Positions 1 through 5,858 of a DNA stretch of 64,000 bases are shown here, piece after piece. Source of the stretch: Candidatus Poriferisocius sp. (GTDB taxonomy: Bacteria > Actinomycetota > Acidimicrobiia > Acidimicrobiales > Bin134); contig NZ_CBDBOM010000003.1 of NCBI RefSeq assembly GCF_965208355.1, positions 1,411,323 to 1,475,322 on the forward strand, read 5' to 3'. The notes below the pieces were generated by a model. That model was not told where the DNA came from, did no database searches, and saw nothing but the letters and a program-made list of their open reading frames with translations. Position numbers and translations under genes: made by a program. Position 1 is the stretch's first letter, and each line of letters starts with the position of its first letter.

Positions 1-1
1 G

Positions 2-325
2 GAGATCGAAGCCGGCCTGATCCGCCACCCCGCAGTGCTGGTGGTGACCCAGGGGCCGACTGCGGGCAGCCGATTCGAGCTGTCCGATGCCCGGGTGACA
101 GTGGGGCGCCATTCCGACTCGGACATCTTCTTGGACGACATCACAGTGTCCCGGCGGCACGCCGAGGTTTATCGGGACGGCTTGGTGCAGCACGTCAAGG
201 ACATGGGCTCGCTGAACGGCACCTACCTGAACAGTCGGCGAGTGGAGGATGCCGGTTTGAAGAACGGCGACGAACTCCAGGTGGGCCGATTCAAGCTGGT
301 GTACTACGACGGGACCAGCGAATGA
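2..325 (+). CDS. garA: FHA-domain regulator, GarA/OdhI-like (5' end cut by window)
   Basis: Frame is open from base 2 with no start in the window. ...GSRFELSDARVTVGRHSDSDIFLDDITVSRRHAEV...GSLNGTYLN...GDELQVGRFKLVY is a canonical FHA domain close to actinobacterial GarA/OdhI. Stop TGA 323..325 overlaps the next start (ATGA). Confidence 0.8.
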   Translation, partial: EIEAGLIRHPAVLVVTQGPTAGSRFELSDARVTVGRHSDSDIFLDDITVSRRHAEVYRDGLVQHVKDMGSLNGTYLNSRRVEDAGLKNGDELQVGRFKLVYYDGTSE

Positions 326-1050
326 CCGCCCAGCACCGGTCGATCGGCCAGGTCTTGGACCTGCTGAAGGACGAGTTTTCCGACATAAGCATCTCCAAGA
401 TCCGCTTTCTGGAAAGCCAGGGCCTGATCGACCCCGAGCGCAACCAGTCGGGCTACCGTAAGTTCACCGAGGCCGACATCAACCGACTGCGGTGGATTCT
501 GGAACAGCAGCGGGACCACTTCCTACCCCTCAAGGTCATCAAAGCGCGCATTGACGGCGAGGACTTCGAGGTGGAGGACGGACGCGGGGATTCCACCGAG
601 GGCGAAGCCGACCCTCGTTCCCCGAGGTCCGGGCGTCCGAACCCATTGGACACCGGGGCGGTTTCGGTGTCGCTAACCCTCGACGAGCTGGCATCGGCCA
701 GTGGGTTGAGCCAGTCCAAGATTGTCGAGCTGGAGAAATTCGGCCTCATTGAGCCCCTGGACGACGGAGCGCTGTCGCACTACGGCGCCGAAGCGGTCAT
801 CGTGGCCAAGGTGGCCGCTGGGTTCTTGGCCCATGGGCTGGAGCCCCGCCACCTACGGGCCTACAAGTCGGCCGCCGAGCGGGAGGCAGGCCTGCTGGAG
901 CAGCGGATCATGCCGCTGGTGATGCAGCGCACCCCCAAGTCCCGCAAGCAGTCCCAAGACGTGCTGGTGGAGCTGATCAACCTCGGCTCCGAGCTGCGAC
1001 TCTCGCTTCTGCGGGGCGCCTTGGCCAACCACACCGGGAATCGCAATTAA
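322..1050 (+). CDS. MerR-family transcriptional regulator (Rv1828 / FtsR-like position)
   Basis: ATG 322 overlaps the garA stop. N-terminal MerR HTH: SIGQVLDLLKDEFSDISISKIRFLESQGLIDPERNQSGYRKFTEADINRLRWIL. Synteny next to garA matches M. tuberculosis Rv1828 and C. glutamicum FtsR. Confidence 0.8.
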   Translation: MTAQHRSIGQVLDLLKDEFSDISISKIRFLESQGLIDPERNQSGYRKFTEADINRLRWILEQQRDHFLPLKVIKARIDGEDFEVEDGRGDSTEGEADPRSPRSGRPNPLDTGAVSVSLTLDELASASGLSQSKIVELEKFGLIEPLDDGALSHYGAEAVIVAKVAAGFLAHGLEPRHLRAYKSAAEREAGLLEQRIMPLVMQRTPKSRKQSQDVLVELINLGSELRLSLLRGALANHTGNRN

Positions 1051-1075
1051 CGGCGGGAACCGCGCCGACCCCGAG

Positions 1076-1612
1076 TTGTTCGCCAGCCGGGAGGCCATCG
1101 AGCAGGCTGTTGAGCGCGTCGCAGCTGAGATCTCGCAGCAGTGCTCCGATGGCGCGGTGCTCGTGTCGGTGTTGAAGGGGAGTTTGCCCTTCCTTGCCGA
1201 CCTGGTGCGGGCGGTGGACATCGAGGTGCAGGTGGACTTCTTGGCGTTGTCCCGATTCGCCGCTGACTCGGGCCGCGTCCGGCTGGTCAAGGATCTGGAC
1301 TGCGATGTGGGTGGGCGCGAGGTAGTGCTGGTGGAGGACATCGTGGACACCGGTTTGAGCCTCGGCTATTTGATGGGAGAGCTGCGCCGCCGGTCGGCCG
1401 CCTCGGTGGCGGTGGCCGCGCTGTTGAACCGGAACGCTCGCCGTATCCTGCCGCTGGAGCCCGATTATGTGGGGTTTGAGGCCCCCGACGAGTTCTTCTT
1501 GGGCTACGGCCTCGACTGGGACGGCCGGTACCGGAACCTGGACCGATTGGTTATCGGAGATCCTGGTGTATTGGCCGACGATCCCGACGCCTATGTCTCT
1601 ATCCTCTACTAA
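1076..1612 (+). CDS. hpt: hypoxanthine phosphoribosyltransferase
   Basis: TTG start at 1076. VLVSVLKGSLPFLADLVRA, PRPP loop VVLVEDIVDTGLSLGYL and C-terminal FLGYGLDWDGRYRNL are typical Hpt motifs. Confidence 0.85.
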   Translation: MFASREAIEQAVERVAAEISQQCSDGAVLVSVLKGSLPFLADLVRAVDIEVQVDFLALSRFAADSGRVRLVKDLDCDVGGREVVLVEDIVDTGLSLGYLMGELRRRSAASVAVAALLNRNARRILPLEPDYVGFEAPDEFFLGYGLDWDGRYRNLDRLVIGDPGVLADDPDAYVSILY

Positions 1613-1622
1613 CGTGGAGTCG

Positions 1623-2123
1623 ATGAAGGAGATGGAGCTGATCGGAGTTCGGATAGAACTTCCGTCCAATGCCCCGATCGTGTTGCTGCGGGAAACCGAC
1701 GGCGACTGTCGGCTCTTGCCCATCTTCATCGGAGGAGCGGAGGCCCAGGCCATCGCCCTGGCCATGGAGGAGGTGGAGACTCCTCGCCCTATGACTCACG
1801 ACCTGTTCAAAAACGTGCTCGACGACTTGGGAGTGCGGATCGAGCGGATCGTGGTCACCGAACTGCGGGATCGGACCTTCTATGCCGAGTTGGAGTTGGC
1901 GGGAGGAAACGGGGCCCGCCGAATCTCAAGCCGCCCCTCCGACGCGGTGGCTTTGGCGGTGCGCACCGGTGCCCCGATATTCGCCGACGAGTCGGTTCTT
2001 GAGGCCGCCGGGCACACAGTGGAGCCTGACGAGCCCGAAGGGGAAGAGCCTCCGGCCGAGGAAGTCCTGGACCAATTTCGGGAGTTTTTGGACCAGGTGA
2101 CCCCGGACGATTTCAACGGCTGA
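1623..2123 (+). CDS. bifunctional nuclease family protein (DUF151, Rv1829-like)
   Basis: ATG 1623 (alternative GTG 1614) lies just after the hpt stop. The longer ORF-track form from 1467 overlaps hpt. MELIGVRIELPSNAPIVLLRE...LLPIFIGGAEAQAIALA...RPMTHDL matches the DUF151 family. Confidence 0.75.
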   Translation: MKEMELIGVRIELPSNAPIVLLRETDGDCRLLPIFIGGAEAQAIALAMEEVETPRPMTHDLFKNVLDDLGVRIERIVVTELRDRTFYAELELAGGNGARRISSRPSDAVALAVRTGAPIFADESVLEAAGHTVEPDEPEGEEPPAEEVLDQFREFLDQVTPDDFNG

Positions 2124-2148
2124 CGCTTTCTAGCCTCAAACTTCCTTC

Positions 2149-2177
2149 TTGACAATCCACAGATCCAGGTTTACCCT
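2149..2177 (+). promoter_or_regulatory. candidate sigma-A-type promoter: TTGACA (2149..2154), 17-nt spacer, TACCCT (2172..2177)
   Basis: Read directly in the 128-nt gap upstream of the second MerR gene. Inverted repeat CCACAG (2157..2162) / CTGTGG (2176..2181) lies within the spacer and overlaps the -10. Confidence 0.35.
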
Positions 2178-2251
2178 GTGGAAGTTCATTGGCGTAGTTT
2201 CCCCGGTGTAATATGCCGAATTGGGAACGCGCCCCGGCACTGGAGAGTCAG

Positions 2252-2749
2252 ATGAGCGAGCACGGACAAGTAGCCAGCGACTTCAGTTCCCCCCAGACCA
2301 TCGAGATTGTCGGTATCACCTACCGCCAACTGGACTACTGGACGCGCACCGGGTTGGTGACCTCCACCGCGCAGATTGCCGAGGGAAGCGGCAGCCGCCG
2401 CCGCTATTCCTACAACGATTTGCTGGAGTTAAAGCTGATCAAGCGGCTTTTGGACGAGGGAATCGCCCTCCAGCGGGTGCGCGAGGTATTCGACTACCTG
2501 CGCGATGAACTGGGTGAGAACGTGGCCAGCGCCGATCTGGTGATCAACGGCAACCAATCGCTGCTGGTTCGCACCGACGAGCAAATTCTCGATGCGCTGC
2601 GCCAAGGTCAGGGCGCTCTCTATCTTCGCATGGAAGGGCTAATCGAAGAGGTACAGGCCGCCGTGAGTGAACTGCCCGTCGAAGAGCCCCAGCCTGTGGA
2701 TACTGCTGAGCCTCAAGAAAGTGCCAGCACTGCCCAAACCGGCTCTTAA
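2252..2749 (+). CDS. MerR-family transcriptional regulator (Rv1830-like position)
   Basis: ATG 2252 is preceded by GGAGAG (2242..2247). The ORF-track start at 2213 has no RBS. HTH: QTIEIVGITYRQLDYWTRTGLV...RRRYSYNDLLELKLIKRLLDEGIALQRV. Confidence 0.75.
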   Translation: MSEHGQVASDFSSPQTIEIVGITYRQLDYWTRTGLVTSTAQIAEGSGSRRRYSYNDLLELKLIKRLLDEGIALQRVREVFDYLRDELGENVASADLVINGNQSLLVRTDEQILDALRQGQGALYLRMEGLIEEVQAAVSELPVEEPQPVDTAEPQESASTAQTGS

Positions 2750-2765
2750 GGAGGCCGCCAACAGC

Positions 2766-3131
2766 GTGTTCGCCCACGATTCCGAGCGGCAATTCGCCGA
2801 GTTGCTCGACTTTTATGGCGTCGAGTGGCGATATGAGCCCGAGACCTTCGTGCTCTCCCGCAACGATTCAGGCGAAGTGACCGAGGCGTTCACCCCCGAT
2901 TTCTACCTTCCCCAATTCGACCGCTATGTGGAGATCACCACCGCGCGCCAGAAGTACATCACCCGCAAGAACGGCAAGGTTCGCCGGCTGCGGGAGTGCT
3001 ATCCCGACATCGATGTCGTTGTGCTTTGCCAGCGGGACTATCACAGCCTGTTGAGCAAGTACGGCTTCGACGACGTCACCGGAATGGACGGTGATCTGAC
3101 CCACACTGGCGCCGGCGCCGGGACCGGCTAG
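2766..3131 (+). CDS. conserved hypothetical protein between MerR and gcvT (possible nuclease-like fold, speculative)
   Basis: In-frame GTG 2766 lies 11 nt after AAGGAGG (2748..2754), which overlaps the MerR stop. The ORF-track start at 2667 overlaps the MerR gene. Translation: FAHDSERQFAELLDFYGVEWRYEPETF...TPDFYLP...YVEITTARQK. I cannot name a family. Confidence 0.5.
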   Translation: MFAHDSERQFAELLDFYGVEWRYEPETFVLSRNDSGEVTEAFTPDFYLPQFDRYVEITTARQKYITRKNGKVRRLRECYPDIDVVVLCQRDYHSLLSKYGFDDVTGMDGDLTHTGAGAGTG

Positions 3132-3149
3132 CCGAGCAGGGAATTCCAC

Positions 3150-4211
3150 ATGCGTTCCTCCCCTTTGGAGGGCAGGCATCGGGCGCTGGGGGCCAAGCTG
3201 GTTCCGTTCGGCGGCTGGGATATGCCGCTTTCTTACCCGTCGGGCACGCTGGCCGAGCATCGGGCCTGTCGGACCGACGCGGTGGTCTTCGACGTGAGCC
3301 ATCTGGGCACTCTTCGGGTGTCTGGTGACGATGCCTACGAGCGGCTTCAGCAGGCGTTCACCAACGATCTGGCTCGGATAGAACCGGGACGCACCCAGTA
3401 CACCCATCTGTTGGACGAGGACGGTTCGGTGCTGGACGACATCATCGTGTGGTGGGTGGCACCGGAGAGCTTTGACGTGATGCCCAATGCCTCCAACACC
3501 GACCGGGTGGCCGAAGCCCTGGGCAGCGCAGGGACCGATACCGGGTTTCAGGCCGCTGATGTGACCGCCAGTCGGGCGGTGCTGGCGGTGCAGGGTCCTG
3601 AGGCCCGTTGTCGACTGGCCGAGGTGTCGCCCGGGGCGTCGGAGGTGGCCCGCAACTGCGTGGCCTCGGTGCAGTGGGAGGGCACCGCGCTGACCGTGGC
3701 CGGCACTGGCTACACCGGTGAGGACGGGGTGGAGATTGCCGTGCCCGCCGAAGCAGTCGATCAGCTTTGGGATGCGGTGACTGCGGCGGGAATCATTCCC
3801 GCCGGGCTGGGAGCTCGCGACACGCTGCGCCTGGAGAAGGGCCTGCCGCTGCACGGCCATGAGCTCGGCCCGGGCATCACCCCGCTGCAAGCCGGGCTGG
3901 GCTGGGTGGTGCGCTGGGACAAGACGTCGTTTCGGGGTCGGGAGGCGCTGGCCGCGGAGCGGGAGCGGGGCGTCCACCGGCGACTGCGGGGATTGCGGGT
4001 GGAAGGCCGTCGTCCGCCCCGGGAGGGTCAGGCTGTGCTGCGGGGCGACGAAGTGGTGGGGGAAGTCACGTCGGGGAACTTCTCGCCCATGCTGGAGATG
4101 GGTATCGCCTTGGCCTTTGTGCCCCCTGATGCCGATATCGGCGACGAGCTGGCCGTGGACATGCGAGGCACCCCCACGCCGGCCACCGTGGTCAAGCTCC
4201 CGTTCGTCTAA
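3150..4211 (+). CDS. gcvT: glycine cleavage system aminomethyltransferase (T protein)
   Basis: MRSSPLEGRHRALGAKLVPFGGWDMPLSYPSGTLAEHRACRTDAVVFDVSHLG...GYTGEDGVEI...ARDTLRLEKGLPLHGHEL are typical GcvT motifs at full length (353 aa). Confidence 0.95.
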   Translation: MRSSPLEGRHRALGAKLVPFGGWDMPLSYPSGTLAEHRACRTDAVVFDVSHLGTLRVSGDDAYERLQQAFTNDLARIEPGRTQYTHLLDEDGSVLDDIIVWWVAPESFDVMPNASNTDRVAEALGSAGTDTGFQAADVTASRAVLAVQGPEARCRLAEVSPGASEVARNCVASVQWEGTALTVAGTGYTGEDGVEIAVPAEAVDQLWDAVTAAGIIPAGLGARDTLRLEKGLPLHGHELGPGITPLQAGLGWVVRWDKTSFRGREALAAERERGVHRRLRGLRVEGRRPPREGQAVLRGDEVVGEVTSGNFSPMLEMGIALAFVPPDADIGDELAVDMRGTPTPATVVKLPFV

Positions 4212-4215
4212 CGGT

Positions 4216-4842
4216 CTACGCGGCGTCGACGGCCTCGAGCACTCGGCTTTGGGGGATGCCGCCCCGCCACGAGGTCAGGATTTTGCCGTTGGCGTCCAGC
4301 AGCATTCCCGCGGGCTGGCCGGAGATTCCCAACTGACGCCAAGATTCGAAGGTCGGATCCCAGAGCATGGTGAAGGTGGTTCCGGTGGACTCCACGAAGC
4401 TCTCGGCCAGTCCGAGGCTGTCTTGGGTTCCGACTCCGATGACGGTGACCTTGTCAGAGTTGCTTCGAGCGAACTGCTCGACGCTGGGGGCTTCCCGGCG
4501 GCAGATGGTTCAATGGGGCGCCCAGAACCAAAGCACGAGGGGCCGATCCGACGGAGCGAAACTGGCCAGGTTCACGTTGGCCCCGGTGGCAATGTCCACC
4601 AATTCAACCGAGGGCAGATCAGATTCTGGGGCAGGGGCGGCGCTCTCTGTGGCCGGTTCGGGTGCGGGGGCCTGCGTGGCGGGGGTTTGCGTGGCGGGGG
4701 CTTCGGCCGGGGCCGGTGCCTCGGTGGGAGCAGTCGCAGGACTGTCGACGCTGTCTCCGCAAGCAGCTGCGCCTAGGGCCAAGCAGAAACCCATGGCGAG
4801 TACCTTCGACTTCGTCAGCGCACCCACGTCAGGTTGTTCCAA
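4216..4842 (-). CDS. TlpA/ResA-like thiol-disulfide oxidoreductase lipoprotein, putative selenoprotein (in-frame UGA at 4510..4512, motif U-T-I-C)
   Basis: TTG 4842 follows AAGGTGG (alternative GTG 4827). Lipobox: LALGAAAC. The ORF track stops at TGA after ...PLVLWFWAPH. The same frame continues UTICRREAPSVEQF...VTVIGVG...TFTMLWD...GQPAGMLLDANGKILTSWRG to TAG 4216..4218. The alternative reading is a pseudogene. Confidence 0.7.
4465..4500 (-). promoter_or_regulatory. candidate SECIS-like tandem hairpins 3' of the UGA (paralogue 1)
   Basis: mRNA hairpin A is CGCCGGG-AAGCC-CCCAGCG (4482..4500, one C/A mismatch). Hairpin B is UCGAGC-AGUUC-GCUCGA (4465..4481, 6 perfect bp). Folded by hand only. 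Confidence 0.35.
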
Positions 4843-5827
4843 TGCCGGCCACCTTGTCCAGGATCCAGCTGTGCGAGGGGTTGGCCCGCCGATCGACCTC
4901 CTGGCCGAACCGATTGAGCACGATTATTCGGTGCTGGCTGGTGATTCCCAGTCCGTTCCAGGAGGCACTGGATGAATCCCACAACATGGTGAAGGTGGCC
5001 CCGGTTCTGTTCACGAAGTCCTCAGCCTGTCCGAGGCTGTCGCGGGCACCCACGCCGATGAGAGTGAATTTGTCGGTGTTGTCTCGAGCCAACTGGTCGA
5101 GGCCGGGGGCTTCCCGGCGGCAGGTGGGTCAATGGGGGGCCCAGAACCACAACACGATGGGCCGGTTGGACGGGGCGAAGCTGGCCAGATTAACGGAGGC
5201 GCCGGTGGCCACGTTCACCATCTGCACCGAAGGCAGATCCGATGGGGGAACCGGCGTCGGCTCAGGGGTCGGTTCTGGTGTCGGTTCCGGCGTTTGCGCT
5301 GGTGTGGGCCGCGGAGTGGGTCGTGGCGTCGGCTCGGGGGTAGGTGCTGGTGTGGGCCGCGGAGTAGCCGGAGTGGGGGCGGGAGTCGCTCGTGGGGCCG
5401 GCTGAGGAGCCGAAGTGGCGGCGGGAGCGGGAGTGGAGGCTGGCGTAGGAGCAGAAGTCGGCTCGGAAGTGGTCGCCGGCTCACTGGGAGCAATGGTTGG
5501 CCCTGCATCAGTCGGCTCCGGCGTTGGAGCTTCGTCCGGCTCGGGCGAGTCGGTGGAAGTTTCCACGCTGTCTTGGTCGGAACTCGACACCGTGGACGCT
5601 GCGGTAGGCGTCGCCTCTGCGGACGCGGCCTCGGTGGCTGTCGGGTCCTGAGCCGATTCGGCGCCCGTGGATTCTGCGGTGGGCGCGTCCGCCACCTCGG
5701 CGCTGCCGGTGTCAGGCGTCTCGGAACCCCCGCAGGCGACCGCGACCAAGCTCAATGTCAGCGCGAGCCCTAGGGCCGCGGCTAGCCCCCTGGTCCGGTT
5801 GCCGTACCAGAGAGACCGAGTTCTCAC
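4829..5827 (-). CDS. TlpA/ResA-like thiol-disulfide oxidoreductase lipoprotein with long Pro/Thr-rich tether, putative selenoprotein (in-frame UGA at 5129..5131, motif U-P-T-C)
   Basis: GTG 5827; lipobox LVAVAC. The ORF track stops at TGA after ...PIVLWFWAPH. The same frame continues UPTCRREAPGLDQLARDNTDKFTLIGVGARDSLGQAEDFVNRTGATFTMLWD... to TGA 4829..4831. The downstream part appears in the ORF track as a separate 87-aa ORF. The alternative reading is a pseudogene. Confidence 0.7.
5084..5118 (-). promoter_or_regulatory. candidate SECIS-like tandem hairpins 3' of the UGA (paralogue 2)
   Basis: mRNA hairpin A is GCCGGG-AAGCC-CCCGGC (5102..5118, 6 perfect bp). Hairpin B is UCGACC-AGUUG-GCUCGA (5084..5100, one C/C mismatch or a bulged alternative). 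Folded by hand only. Confidence 0.35.
5243..5407 (-). repeat. Pro/Thr-rich low-complexity coding repeat (PTPEPTPRPTPRPTP...EPTPEPTPEPTP)
   Basis: Residues ~141-195 of the 4829..5827 protein. At the DNA level, gctggtgtgggccgcggagt recurs about 50 nt apart. It generates Gly/Arg/Val-rich shadow ORFs on the plus strand. Confidence 0.7.
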
Positions 5828-5858
5828 CCTCCCGATGTTACCGGGGTAGCGGCCAGAA

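Noticed and set aside
2124-2251. A glycine riboswitch upstream of the gcvT-containing unit. I also looked upstream of gcvP at 46687..46701.
   Set aside because: ctGGAGAG at 2240 superficially resembles the riboswitch 5' end, but none of the downstream conserved elements follow. The gap before gcvP is only 15 nt and the gap before gcvT only 18 nt.
2868-3977. 369-aa minus-strand ORF across gcvT. Similar long antisense ORFs include 977..1765, 18932..19933, 28432..29541, 30898..31950, 35241..36323, 49059..50327, 50334..51299 and 51336..52103.
   Set aside because: These are typical high-GC shadow ORFs. They are Arg/Pro/Gly/His-rich with no motifs, and each lies opposite a gene with clear family signatures.
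4510-4512. The idea that TGA is globally reassigned (a variant genetic code) rather than locally recoded.
   Set aside because: Many well-supported genes in the window terminate on TGA at the expected length (garA 323..325, the first MaoC gene, aroC, the DUF35 genes, paralogue 2 itself). Known TGA reassignments occur in low-GC lineages.
4367-5773. Plus-strand ORFs 4367..4975 (202 aa), 4662..5405 (247 aa), 5132..5773 (213 aa) and 5415..5651 (78 aa).
   Set aside because: They lie antisense to the two TlpA-like genes. Their translations are Gly/Arg/Val/Ser-rich low-complexity mirrors of the Pro/Thr/Ala-rich tethers, with no recognisable motifs. The minus strand carries lipoprotein signals and a complete thioredoxin-fold signature.
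4216-5827. Reading the two split TlpA-like genes as ordinary pseudogenes or sequencing errors.
   Set aside because: This is not fully excluded but is disfavoured. Two diverged paralogues carry the stop at the identical catalytic codon. Both downstream parts stay in frame for 97 and 99 codons with conserved family motifs, and there are no other lesions. The call remains contingent on Sec machinery elsewhere in the genome.
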